The notes under the pieces are model-generated. The model was given only the letters and a program-made list of their open reading frames with translations, searched no databases and was not told where the DNA came from. Shown piece by piece: positions 22,001 to 32,058 of a stretch of DNA of 39,795 nt. Position numbers and translations under genes: made by a program. The stretch lies in the NCBI RefSeq assembly GCF_001194135.2, contig NC_068997.1, forward strand, positions 50,954,183-50,993,977, read 5' to 3'. This stretch comes from Octopus bimaculoides. Taxonomy: Eukaryota. Each line of letters starts with the position of its first letter. Positions within the stretch are counted from its first letter, which is position 1.

Positions 22001-23135
22001 GTCCTGGTTAAGCCAGCTGGAGACGATGCCTCCTGGGGCTAAATTACAGCAACATTAGTCCTAAACCAGGACTGTCATGTTATGTTGGAAAACAATCTTT
22101 ACTCTTTAATACACTTCATAACACTAATAATATATTTAACAACAGCAGTAATATACTCCATGTATTTACTTCATAACAACCATAATCAATACAAATGTAA
22201 TTTTAAAATCCTGGTAACGAGAGGATCGTTTTGGAAACGGGCTCTCATGTAACTATGCTAAATCCTTCAAGTATTTACTCTCTCTCTTTTACTCTTTTAC
22301 TTGTTTCAGTGATTTGACTGCGGCCATGCTGGAGCACCGCCTTTGTAGTCGAGAAATTCGACCCCAGGACTTATTCTTTGTACTTATTCTATCGGTCTCC
22401 TTTTGCCGAACCGCTAAGTTACGGGGACATAAACACACCAGCATCAGTTATCAAGCCATGCTAGGGGGACAAACACACACACACACACACATATATATAC
22501 AACGAGCTTCTTTCAATTTCCGTCTACCAAATCCACTCACAAGGCTTTGGTCAGCCCGAGGATATAGTAGAAGACACTTGCCCAAGGTGCCGCGCAGTGG
22601 TACTGAACCCGGAACCATGTGGTTGGTAAGCAAGCTACTTACCACACAGCCACTCCTGCACCTATATACACTTATATAATTTTATATTAATATTGTTACT
22701 TTACCCCTTATAGTCGTCAGGGTCACAAATGACAGTAACACGTGCAAAGTTCTTTGCAGCAGCACGGAGGAGAGTAACGCCACCTGGTGAGAAAGGAAGG
22801 AAGGATTAATTAATATCATAATTGTCATGTGCATTTGAGTTAAGAGATTAAGCAGCATCTGATTAAACTTATTAAATGACATGGAGTCTAATGAGGCTTT
22901 GCATTCAAAGTAATTCCATGATCAAATTTATGGTGACATCCGTTTTATCTGATATTACACGGATGCAGGAGGGATGGCTGTGCGGTTAAGAAGCCTGCTT
23001 CACAACCATGGAGTTTCTGGTTCAGTTCCACTGTGTGACACCTAGGGCAAGTGGCTTCTGTTAGAGAGCTGTGTTGACCAAAACTTTGTGAATAGATTTG
23101 GTAAATGGAAACTGGAAGAAGCCCATTGCGTGTAT

Positions 23136-23168
<33 letters not shown>

Positions 23169-24422
23169 CACGGTCATCATCTAATGTGTGGCATGGGTTG
23201 GACAATTTGACAAGTGCTGGTCAGCTGGAGACCTGCCCAAACTTCATTTGTTTTGGCATGGTTTCTATGGCTGGATGCCCTTCCCAATGCCAACCACTTC
23301 AGAGTGTACTGGGTGCTTTATACATGGCACCAGCATGGTGTACCCTTGTCTAGATATAATGTAATAATTGCAAATTAACATTACCATACAAGCGAGGTTG
23401 TTTGTTTCCAGCTTCTGTAAACGTCTGGCATTGATAAAATATTATTTTGTTTGGAAACTGATGAGGACTGGCTACAGAAAGGGCAGCAAATTACATCTGA
23501 CCCATGCAAGCATGAAAAAGTAGACATTAAACCACACACACCTGTGTGTGTCCGCCGGCCTTGGTCTCACAATTGTGAAACAAGCTGTGTCCATTTCCAA
23601 TATTCTGTGAAAACCTAACTGACCACGGGGAAATAAAAACAAGTGAATGTTAGTAACATGAAGGGTATCTGGCAACAGAAAACCTAAAGTAACCAAGCCA
23701 TCACAGTATATTACTGGTACATGTAGCATGACAATGTAAACACCATAAAACATTTGTGTCTCATTAGCAATTTTACCAACCCCTGTGCTAATCAGAATGA
23801 TTAATTAACATCCTAATTTTTGTGATATTTTAAAGCATGTCTTAGTATGTTAAATGCAAAGTCTTACCTATGTCAATTTGTTCCACAGCCTGCTCAGCAG
23901 TGACATCGTCTGAGGCAACCGTTTCCACAAATGGATACAGGTTACAGACAACAACACTAGGGAAGAAAAAAAAAAGATAAAACATTATATATACTAGCTG
24001 GCCCTGTGCCATCAAAAAAATTATAGCTAATTGTAGTATTTTATATATAAATATGGATGGTAAATGAAATTAATACACTTGTCAATGTCATCTAGTGGTT
24101 GTCTTTTGAGATGTGACATCGATCATCATTTGTTACTGAAAGAATGCTGGTTCACAGATACAAATATTCACATACTTTCCTTGTACACACACATACACTC
24201 ACAGAGTTGAAACGCTGTTTGATTTTTTCTTTTCAACATTGAATGTTTATCATCCCACTTCCGTTGCACACACAGAGTTGAAATGCTCCCACTACCAGTT
24301 TGCCATCACTCCTTCCTTTCTCATTCATATGTTGTGACAGAGTAGAATATACATACACACACATACATACATATATACAGATTTGGTAACACAAACAGGA
24401 AAATAAAACTGAAAACACGAGA

Positions 24423-24453
<31 letters not shown>

Positions 24454-27400
24454 CTTCGCGTTTGGCCGTACGACTTTTTAATGTTTTCACTGTCCAATTT
24501 TTCCTGTCTTGGTTTGTGTTTGTCACCTTGGAATCCTCTGTTGAGTGGGTCGATCCACTACTCAGGAAGAGACTATTCTAGAGTACGTTCTGCCTTATCT
24601 TCAAAACGTCTAGTTAGAATAGAGGCAGCTGACGAAGGATTAATTCCAAGTGGCTATCTGTTTTCCTATGTGTTCGTTCCGTTGTCTGTAGTTCTAACGT
24701 CCTGTACCCTGATATGCATATATATACACATGGAGATGTAAGTATGTACATATATGTGTGTATACATGCATATATATTCTTTCTATTATTATATGTATAT
24801 ATATATATATATACACTTTTCATTTGATTAGCACAAGTTACAAAGTGGCCCAAGGGCCGAGAGCTTCATGCATTGGTGCTTATCAATTTCTTCTCACACA
24901 AGATTCTTGGCCCTGGAGTCACTTTGTAATTTCTTACAATCGTCTTATACTTTTAGCCAGGATAACCTTCATGGCCCCTGCAAGTAATTCACTTAGGCCT
25001 CATTGTACCAGGCTACAGAATATGGCTTCTTCAGAGCAACAGACAAAAAAACCATTAAAGTGACAAGGACACAATAACATACCGGATCAAATTGAAGTTA
25101 AGATCTTCAACTTCTTTCACATCTTCAGGGGTTGGCTTGGCCAGAATTCCTGGAAATTAAAGAATGAAGTAATAAAAACAGGTTAAATTCTTTCTTTAAT
25201 AACACCACAAGTCACTGCTAGTAACAACTGAGAGAGAGAGAGAGAAAGAGAGTAAACGCTTAATCGCATCGAACATAATCAACCATAGACATACAAAGCA
25301 AGCAACTGTTAATTAGAATTATCATTACATCTTTTAATTGTTTCACTCATTGAACTGTGGCCATGCTGGGGCACACTGCCCGAAGGGTTTTAGTTGAACT
25401 CAACCCTAATACTTATTAAGCTCAAGTTCTTAGTTATTCTATTGGTCTCTTTTTGCCAAACTACTAAGTCACAGGGAAATAAACAAACCAACATTTGTTA
25501 TTGTGCAGTAGTGGGGGGGGGGCAAACACAAAATTATTGATGTGAGGATGTGGTAGCGGGAAGAGTAAGAGTATAGTTACTGTTGGTGGGAAGAGGAGGA
25601 GGAAGAGGAAAGGTTTTTGTGGGTCCAGTACTTGTGAGGTCACTGCTGCAACCAAAAGAAGATGAGAAAAGGGGTGGGTGAAGATTTTGGGTGAGGTAAT
25701 GAAAGGGGTGAAGTGTAATTAAAGAAAAGGAATAGGGATTACAGACCCACAAAACCAGACTCGATTCCATAATCTGGTCAAATCTGAAAACAACAGCAAA
25801 TAAATTGAGAAACCTAATTATTTTTATTCTAAAATAATTTCATTAATGACAAAATTTATGCACAATCACAGGTGCAGGCATGGCTGTGTTGTAAGAAAGG
25901 GTTCAGCCCCACTGTGTGGTCCCTTGGGCGAGGGTCTTATACAAATCCCTTGTGAATGGATTTGGTAGATTGGAAACCGAAAAGAAGCCCATTATCTGTG
26001 TGTGTGTGTACACATGTATGCATGTGTTTGTGCCATTTGTTCCTTAATACCCATTAACTGGTGTAGGTTTGTTTACATCCCTGTAACTTAATTCAACAAA
26101 ATGGTTCAATACAATAAGTACAGGAATACTAAAACCCTTCAAGGCCCCAGCATGGCCCATTATCCAGTGACTGAAACAAGCAGAAAAAATCACACACACT
26201 TAAGCAGTAATAATATAAACGACCACTTACCACCGTGTATGGCAGGATGGAGGGTTTTCACCCGACCTTTCAACATCTCAGGACATTTTGTTACATCAGA
26301 GACTTCCCTGTAAAATATTAAAATTCCTTTAAATGACATTTTATACCTATTGTTGATGGCTGTCCTATTCCGAGATGTAAAACTAACAATGTTTAAACTG
26401 GTGCTGTGGCAGCAATAGTCTGTAATGGCAGTAGTTATTGCTAGAAGTAGAAGGCAAGCCAACACAGGCCGGAGCTTGGAGCAGTTCTCAAGCTTACTAT
26501 CTTCAGTTAGACTGTCTAACCCATGCCAGCATGGAAAACCGATGTTAAATGATGGTGATGAATGGGGGGAGTCTCCATGTAGCCACTCAACCAGCTAGAA
26601 ATAGCAGTCAAATTTCCCTAAAAATCACTTATTATAAATAAAGGACACATTAGATAATGGGGTCCTAAATGTTTTTTTTTTCAAAAAAAAAAAAAAAAGG
26701 AAAAAGAAAAGACAGGATGGCCAAAGCTAGAATCTCTGATCATAGATGTACTCCATCAGGGTTGACATAAGACAAAATGACAAGTGCTCAAACAGATACA
26801 AATTTCAGGAAGTACTTACACAATAGATATTCCAGCATTTTTGATGGTTTGAGCTGTTCCTCCAGAACCAACCAGTTGTAGACCAAGCTCACTTAAGCTC
26901 TTTGCAAACTCCACAATCCCACTTTTGTTGGACACACTCAATAATACTGAAAGGAAAAAAAAAAAAAAGTTTAGCATAAAAAAAGGGGTTTTTTTTGGAG
27001 TGTTTGGTGTTAGGAAGGGCATCCAGCCATAGAAACCATGCCAATTCAGACTGGAACTTGGTACACCTTACTAGTTTCAGTCGAACCATCTAACCCATGC
27101 CAGCATGGAATATGGACGTTAAATGATGACGATACGAGGTGCAGGCACAGCTATGTTATTAAGCTTGCTTCCCATGACACCTTGGACAAGCATTTTCTAT
27201 TATAACCACAGGCCAACAAAAGCCTTGTCATATGATTTGGTAAGTGGAAACTGAAAGACACCTGTTTGTGTGTGTGTGTGTGTGTGTGACATAGTTTGCT
27301 GGTGATGTGCTGACAGGTCAGTTTTCACTGGTTCTGTTGTCTTGATGACAACATAGTTATCATTTATAAGAGGTGACATGGAGAATCAACACCCAGTAAA

Positions 27401-30400
27401 AGCAAGGACAAATGGGTTTGGAACTTGGCATTTATCATTAAATTGAGGGTCAGCTTAACCTTTTTCTTACCAGTTCTATTGAAATGTACTGCATTTGTCT
27501 CAGTTAATTTTTCAAAGTACGAAGAATTTAGTAAAAACTCATTATTAAGCGAATGTTTGGAAGATAACGAAATTTTGATGAATGCTTTTAATTTATACCA
27601 TTTTCATCACACGGACGCTCCAAGACACATCACACGGACGATTTTTGGCAATTTTCCGGAATCTCCGGAAACGTGGGTTTTTGGAGAAAAAAAAAAGCGA
27701 GAAAATGGGGGTGGGGAGGAGGAGGAAGTATTTCCTACTTTTCTCCCCCACTCCCACCAGAATTGTCATTTTTCACGACGAAGATAGAAATACTAAAGAA
27801 GTTGTCAGAAAAAAAAAATCAACCGGTTTCTGTTGTGCTCCAACANNNNNNNNNNNNNNNNNNNNNNNNNNNNNNNNNNNNNNNNNNNNNNNNNNNNNNN
27901 NNNNNNNNNNNNNNNNNNNNNNNNNNNNNNNNNNNNNNNNNNNNNNNNNNNNNNNNNNNNNNNNNNNNNNNNNNNNNNNNNNNNNNNNNNNNNNNNNNNN
28001 NNNNNNNNNNNNNNNNNNNNNNNNNNNNNNNNNNNNNNNNNNNNNNNNNNNNNNNNNNNNNNNNNNNNNNNNNNNNNNNNNNNNNNNNNNNNNNNNNNNN
28101 NNNNNNNNNNNNNNNNNNNNNNNNNNNNNNNNNNNNNNNGAACCCCCCCCCCGCTGAAAACTAAAGCAATTGGCAAGAATGTGTGTGTGTGTGTGTTTTG
28201 AATGATAGCTACTTCCAGTGTGACAGCATAACGGTTAATCGTTGTTTAGAATTCGATGTATGTCTAAACTTCCAATAAAGTTTTAAAATAATGTCCGCAG
28301 ATTGTTTTTTTTATTGTTATTGTATACATCTATGGGTTAATTGACCGCACGCATAGCTGTGTGGTTAAGAAGCTAATTTTGCAACCATATGGTTTCAAGT
28401 TCAGTACCACTGCATGGTATCTTGGGCAAGTGCTTTTTGCTATAGCCCCAGGTCGACCAATGCCTTTGTGAGAGGATTTGATAGACAGAAACCATGGAAG
28501 CTCAGTGTGTGTGTGTCACACCGCTTGGAATGCAACCGGTGTTCGTTTGTTTACGCCCCTCCCCAACTTAGCAGTTCGGCAATAGAATCCGAAAAAATAA
28601 GTACCAGATAAAAAAGTACTGGGTCGATTTGTTCCACTAAACCCTTCCAGGCGGTGCTTCAGCATGGCCGCAGTCTAATGAGTAGGGAAAAAAAATTTAC
28701 GTAAGTGACGGGATGGCTCCTACAACAAATGTACTCGAACAGGGCTGACAAGATGACAGACCCTGTCTGACCTCAATTCCACACAAATATAGTTATCTTG
28801 TCGTTGCTTCCCCTATGAAATAATATGTAAAACCTTAAAACACATAATATTTCCGCGCCTTTCTCGGTCAAACCCTTTGGTTTGACCCCTTTCTCAAAGC
28901 CGGTCGACCTCTTGCCTTTCACGAAAGGNNNNNNNNNNTTTACTCTTTTATTTGTTTCAGTCAGTTGACTGTGGCCATGCTGGAGCACCGCCTTTTAGTC
29001 GAGCAAATCGAACCCAGGACTTATTTTTTGTAAGCCTAGTACTTATTCTATCGTCTCTTTTGCCGAACCGTTAAATTACGGGGGACGTAAACACACCAGC
29101 ATCGGTTGTCAAGCGATGTTGTGGGGGGAGGACAAACACAGATACACAAACACACATAAACATATATATATATATATACGACGGGCTTCCTTTCAGTTTC
29201 TGTCTACCAAATCCACTCAGAAAGCTTTGGTCGGCCCGAGGCTATAGTAGAAAACACTTGCCCAAAGTGCCACGCAGTGGGACTGAACCCGGAACCATGT
29301 GGTTAGCATTTTTTGAGCGGAAGTCGATTACATCGATCAAAGTACTTGACTGGTACATTTTTTTTTTTAATTTATCGACCCTGAAAAGATGAAAAGCAAA
29401 GCTGATGCCAGCGGAGTTTGAACTTAGAACATAAAGACAGACAAAATGCCACTTTATATCCGGCATACTAACAGTCTGTTTATCTCACCGCCTTATATGT
29501 ATATTTTTTGATAAGCTTTAACACTGAAATATCCGTTTTACTGATAATAAACAAATCTTGCAGGTGTAACATAAATATTGGCGCGGTGCCAGATAAACTT
29601 CCCGTCATAAACAAAAACACAATTTCAATGAATGAAAATGAATTATTACAACAATGGAGATCTTGTTAAATTCCTTCCAACCACTAAGTATTTTAAATTT
29701 TCAGATATTTTTTCCCTACCAAATAGAGAGCTTTCAAAGATTTTAAATATATGATTGCACTTCCTTTATGCTGGGACAAGACATTAAACATGAGATCAAA
29801 AGATTGTTTTGGAGTGTGGTTTTTTTTCGAACAACTAACAGAGATTCTTCGCTTTAAGTTACTCTTTTAATACGGTCGTATACATTTCTATATGTATGCA
29901 TGTACGTATATATATATATATATATGCTTATTTCGTTGCAGGCTAGTTTAAGAACTGAGGGTTTCGTTAATTTTTTTTAATATATTTAGGAGATAACAAT
30001 TAAAAATTTTAGCTTCGTTTATTGATTTATTTAAGGTGAACACACACACAGTAATTGGTGGCGGGAATTTCGCCACGTGAGAAGTAAGTCGACGCATAAT
30101 GAAACAATAAAAACACCGAACAAACTAGCGTTAGATTAAAGTTTTTGCCTTACAAAACATAAATGAAAACAATAAACAAGGCTAAGGTTCTTAATAAAAT
30201 ACAATCGCTGAAAGTAAAAAGAACAAAACGAAACCCCCAGCTTTAAAGAAACTAACCAACAACTATACAGACATATATATATATTCAGGCATAAACATAT
30301 ATAGGACATAAATTCAAAGGCCGGCAACATGACAAATATGTCTTACCTCCCCTCCTACTATTGAGTTTTAGCGCTATAATTTGCACTGGTTGATATGGAA

Positions 30401-30739
30401 AGATTGTCTGCAGTAAACTACATATGGGTGTTATACCCGATTATTTATGTAGGTTTGCTTATGTATATATATTAATCTATATAGTTATATTTACGCTTGT
30501 CTTGCATTGTGCATTTTATTTTATATATAAAATCTAAAGCCGCGGGGGGCACTAATGTGTACTTATACACACCAGTAAAACAGGCCATTTTTTAATTTAA
30601 GCCCATAAAAACGAAAATACCTCAATACATGAGTATGTGTGTGTGTGTGTGTCTGTATGTAGAGATAGATAGATGTGGAGTAATATTTTTTCGTATTACC
30701 TCGTTCGCATCTTGTAGCCGTGTACGGTAAAGTTGCCAT
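6588..30739 (-). CDS. ATIC: Bifunctional purine biosynthesis protein ATIC/PurH, 19 exons, 598 aa
   Basis: Exons in transcript order: 30700-30739, 26820-26946, 26231-26307, 25083-25149, 23868-23956, 22705-22783, 17522-17594, 16673-16829, 15433-15558, 14589-14693, 13418-13503, 9068-9157, 8620-8748, 8050-8142, 7873-7946, 7570-7678, 7406-7465, 6918-7013, 6588-6707. Total 1797 nt, all introns GT..AG, phases consistent, no internal stops. PurH motifs present: [79 protein letters not shown], terminal HTNLRLFHH*. Confidence 0.97.
6792..6883 (-). ncRNA. Box C/D snoRNA, SNORD30-like (18S Am1383-equivalent guide), ATIC intron 18
   Basis: 8-bp terminal stem AGUAAACU/AGUUUACU, C box AUGAUGA (6874-6868), D CUGA (6803-6800). 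A 12-nt guide AGUCUCGUUCGU is followed by D'-like GUGA and is complementary to the conserved 18S ACGAACGAGACU. Confidence 0.78.
6918..7013 (-). CDS. ATIC: ATIC exon 18 ([32 protein letters not shown])
   Basis: cag|...|gtatgt, 96 nt, [10 protein letters not shown] motif. Confidence 0.97.
7073..7140 (-). ncRNA. Candidate H/ACA-type hairpin with ACA box, ATIC intron 17
   Basis: Lower stem GCAGUU/AACUGC followed directly by ACA+3 nt, internal pocket, upper stem GGCU..GAGACUU/AAGUUUU..AGCU, about 60 nt from the 3' splice site. No convincing adjacent H box or 5' hairpin. Confidence 0.3.
7406..7465 (-). CDS. ATIC: ATIC exon 17 ([20 protein letters not shown])
   Basis: cag|...|gtttgt, 60 nt. Confidence 0.93.
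7570..7678 (-). CDS. ATIC: ATIC exon 16 ([36 protein letters not shown])
   Basis: aag|...|gtatgt, 109 nt. Confidence 0.97.
7774..7840 (-). ncRNA. SNORD95: Box C/D snoRNA, SNORD95-like, ATIC intron 15
   Basis: Stem AGAGCU/AGUUCU, C box GUGAUGA (7834-7828), D' CUGA (7818-7815), D CUGA (7782-7779). The D guide AGAGGCUGU is complementary to 28S ACAGCCUCU, with D+5 on the A of CAG. Recalled human U95 has CAGAGGCUGUUUCUGA. D box is about 100 nt from the 3' splice site. Confidence 0.78.
7873..7946 (-). CDS. ATIC: ATIC exon 15 ([25 protein letters not shown])
   Basis: tag|...|gtgagt, 74 nt. Confidence 0.97.
8050..8142 (-). CDS. ATIC: ATIC exon 14 ([31 protein letters not shown])
   Basis: cag|...|gtacag, 93 nt. 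Confidence 0.97.
8620..8748 (-). CDS. ATIC: ATIC exon 13 ([43 protein letters not shown])
   Basis: cag|...|gtgagt, 129 nt. Confidence 0.97.
8894..9014 (-). ncRNA. SNORD10: Box C/D snoRNA, SNORD10 (mgU6-77)-like, ATIC intron 12
   Basis: Terminal stem GGGGA/UCCCC, C box AUGAUGA (9008-9002), D' CUGA (8982-8979), D CUGA (8902-8899). The D' guide CAUGCGUGUCAA pairs with U6 UGACACGCA, placing D'+5 on U6 C77, and with 28S UGACGCGCAUG. Recalled human SNORD10 has CAUGCGUGUCAUCUGA. Confidence 0.85.
9068..9157 (-). CDS. ATIC: ATIC exon 12 ([30 protein letters not shown])
   Basis: cag|...|gtaagg, 90 nt. Confidence 0.97.
9245..9613. mobile_element. Foldback MITE with ~120-bp TIRs, flanked by a 21-bp direct repeat
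   Basis: TIRs GGCGGAGACGGACTATATGTAATCTGAACC... / GGTAGAGATGGACTATATGTAATCTGAACC...; TAGAATTCTATATAAATAAAT at 9224-9244 and 9614-9634. Confidence 0.8.
9817..9956. mobile_element. Small foldback MITE (MULE/Merlin-like)
   Basis: TIRs GGTACTACTGAAACAG / GGTGCTACTAAAGCAG, inner 19-bp inverted repeat GAGTGGTCGATCCTAACCC, near-identical 9-bp flanks (ctttttttA / cctttttta). Confidence 0.65.
11318..11414 (-). promoter_or_regulatory. Putative internal Pol II promoter (TATA + TCT/5'TOP initiator) with short first exon and splice donor, ATIC intron 11
   Basis: TATATAAAG (11367-11359) lies 30 nt upstream of CCCTTTT (TSS about 11337-11339), then about 19 nt to CTG|GTGAGT (donor 11319). GCGCATGCGTCA motif at 11414-11403, E-boxes CACGTG at 11275 and 11167, locally CpG-rich. 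Confidence 0.6.
11984..12262. mobile_element. piggyBac-type MITE
   Basis: TTAA|CCCATTACCT ... AGGTAATGGG|TTAA. Confidence 0.75.
12325..12464. mobile_element. TA-flanked foldback MITE
   Basis: Long imperfect inverted repeats GAGACTGG..GATAAAAATCCAGGCT..TTTCATAGCTAG / CTAGCTATGAAAC..AGCCTGGATTTTATC..CCAGTCCC. Confidence 0.65.
12735..13070. repeat. Compound microsatellite (TA/CT/TCTA/TCCA)
   Basis: Read directly from the sequence. Confidence 0.95.
13418..13503 (-). CDS. ATIC: ATIC exon 11 ([28 protein letters not shown])
   Basis: aag|...|gtaatt, 86 nt. Confidence 0.96.
14220..14450. mobile_element. mariner-type MITE
   Basis: TA|TTGTGTTGGTGCAGAATTATTGCAGC ... CCGCATTATGTACCAACCCAA|TA; Hsmar1/MADE-like TIR pattern. 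Confidence 0.75.
14589..14693 (-). CDS. ATIC: ATIC exon 10 ([34 protein letters not shown])
   Basis: cag|...|gtgagt, 105 nt. Confidence 0.96.
15433..15558 (-). CDS. ATIC: ATIC exon 9 ([41 protein letters not shown])
   Basis: cag|...|gtatgt, 126 nt, catalytic Lys-His pair of the FKHVSP motif. Confidence 0.97.
16673..16829 (-). CDS. ATIC: ATIC exon 8 ([19 protein letters not shown]...[15 protein letters not shown]...)
   Basis: cag|...|gtaaat, 157 nt. Confidence 0.97.
17139..17258. repeat. 30-bp minisatellite x4
   Basis: GTTTATA(G/A)(T/C)(G/A)A(T/C)CAAATGTT(T/C/A)GTGCCACAT repeated four times. Confidence 0.9.
17522..17594 (-). CDS. ATIC: ATIC exon 7 ([24 protein letters not shown])
   Basis: tag|...|gtgaga, 73 nt. 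Confidence 0.94.
17934..18250 (+). mobile_element. tRNA-derived SINE of a further family
   Basis: TGGCTCAGTGGTTAGA (A box), GAGTCCGAATCCC (B-box-like), TTCTTGAGCAAGATACTTTA central motif. Confidence 0.6.
19209..19561. mobile_element. hAT-type MITE nested in the 5' region of the Tigger element
   Basis: Exact 8-bp TSD ATTATAAG (19201-19208 and 19562-19569), imperfect ~14-bp TIRs (TAAAAGTGGACACC / CAAACTTGGGCATC), many subterminal GTTAAC/TTAAT repeats. Confidence 0.75.
19649..21581 (+). CDS. Tigger/pogo (TIGD1-like) transposase with CENP-B-type HTH and DDE_1 domains, interrupted by an N gap
   Basis: N-terminal part: [39 protein letters not shown]-terminal part: [63 protein letters not shown]. 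No stops in the sequenced parts; frame across the 20037-20399 gap is unknown. Confidence 0.85.
22287..22662 (-). mobile_element. Full-length tRNA-headed SINE with internal (TA)(TG) tract and (GAGTAAAA) tail, octopus-type
   Basis: Head GGTGCAGGAGTGGCTGTGTGGTAAG..GGTTCCGGGTTCAG with A/B-box-like motifs and body ending GGATTTGGTAGACGGAAA. Related copies at about 2778-2900(+), 4300-4420(-), 13280-13390(-), 13935-14070(+), 22970-23130(+), 25870-26180(+), 28345-28680(+), 28939-29305(-), 31020-31240(-), 31810-31975(+), 33085-33220(+). Confidence 0.85.
22705..22783 (-). CDS. ATIC: ATIC exon 6 ([27 protein letters not shown])
   Basis: cag|...|gtaaag, 79 nt. Confidence 0.96.
23868..23956 (-). CDS. ATIC: ATIC exon 5 ([29 protein letters not shown])
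   Basis: tag|...|gtaaga, 89 nt, NLYPF and EQIDIG motifs. Confidence 0.96.
25083..25149 (-). CDS. ATIC: ATIC exon 4 ([22 protein letters not shown])
   Basis: cag|...|gtatgt, 67 nt, phase-compatible. Confidence 0.93.
26231..26307 (-). CDS. ATIC: ATIC exon 3 ([25 protein letters not shown])
   Basis: cag|...|gtaagt, 77 nt, GRVKTLHP motif. Confidence 0.97.
26820..26946 (-). CDS. ATIC: ATIC exon 2 ([41 protein letters not shown])
   Basis: cag|...|gtaagt, 127 nt, IMP cyclohydrolase (MGS-like) N-terminus. Confidence 0.95.
30700..30739 (-). CDS. ATIC: ATIC exon 1, putative ([14 protein letters not shown])
   Basis: gaagATGG start context, 40 nt to a G|gtaata donor. Phase 1 matches exon 2 (G+TA=Val). 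Lies in a CpG-richer stretch. No homology support for this peptide, and an alternative exon 1 in the 27846-28139 gap cannot be excluded. Confidence 0.6.
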
Positions 30740-32021
30740 CTTCAGCGAAGTTTCTCAACAATGTTTCTGCAACACGTGCAACGAAAAATAAGGGAGGTAA
30801 CTGTCACAGATGCAAAACTAATTGCTCCATTCATTAAGGAGACGTTGTTAATTTATACGTCCCACTTTTCGGGGGACGGCGGAAGCCGGGATAATCGTTA
30901 GAGCGTCAGACAAAAAAATATTTTGTGTTGTTTACGGTCTGAGTTCAAATCCCACGTAAGTTAACTTTGCGTTTTAACCTTTTAGCGTCAAATAAAATAG
31001 AGTACCCGTCACTATCATATTTACTCTTTTACTTGTTTTAGTCATTTGACTGTGGCCATGCTGGAGCACCGTCTTTAGTCGAGCAAATCGAACCCAGGAC
31101 TTATTCTTTGGAAGCCTAGTACTTATTCTATCGGTCTTTTTTTGCCGAACCGCTAAGTTACGGGGACGTAAACACAACAGCATCGGTTGTCAAGCGAAAT
31201 TAGGGGGACAAACACAGACACACAAACACACACATATATNNNNNNNNNNNNNNNNNNNNNNNNNNNNNNNNNNNNNNNNNNNNNNNNNNNNNNNNNNNNN
31301 NNNNNNNNNNNNNNNNNNNNNNNNNNNNNNNNNNNNNNNNNNNNNNNNNNNNNNNNNNNNNNNNNNNNNNNNNNNNNNNNNNNNNNNNNNNNNNNNNNNN
31401 NNNNNNNNNNNNNNNNNNNNNNNNNNNNNNNNNNNNNNNNNNNNNNNNNNNNNNNNNNNNNNNNNNNNNNNNNNNNNNNNNNNNNNNNNNNNNNNNNNNN
31501 NNNNNNNNNNNNNNNNNNNNNNNNNNNNNNNNNNNNNNNNNNNNNNNNNNNNNNNNNNNNNNNNNNNNNNNNNNNNNNNNNNNNNNNNNNNNNNNNNNNN
31601 NNNNNNNNNNNNNNNNNNNNNNNNNNNNNNNNNNNNNNNNNNNNNNNNNNNNNNNNNNNNNNNNNNNNNNNNNNNNNNNNNNNNNNNNNNNNNNNNNNNN
31701 NNNNNNNNNNNNNNNNNNNNNNNNNNNNNNNNNNNNNNNNNNNNNNNNNNNNNNNNNNNNNNNNNNNNNNNNNNNNNNNNNAAATGTGTGTATGTAACTT
31801 CGAAGTGTGGGTGCAGGCGTGGCTGTGTGGTGAGAAATATGATTCTCAACCACATAGCTGCGGGTTCGATCCCGCTGCGTGGCACCTTGGGCTAGTGTCT
31901 TCTCCTATAACCCCGGGACGACCAAACCCTTGTGAGTGGATTTGGTAGACGGAAACTGAAAGAAGCCTGTTGTGTGTGTGTGTGTGTGTATTTGTGCTAA
32001 CGTTCCTGCCAGTTCGCCGCC

Positions 32022-32058
<37 letters not shown>

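Noticed and set aside
27738-27768. Alternative ATIC exon 1 ([10 protein letters not shown], phase 1, gtagga donor)
   Set aside because: Weak donor and lies within repeat-like sequence next to a gap; the 30739 start has better context.
30347-30386. Cryptic ~40-nt minus-strand exon (cag...gag|gtaaga) in intron 1
   Set aside because: Poor polypyrimidine tract, would shift the frame, no other support.
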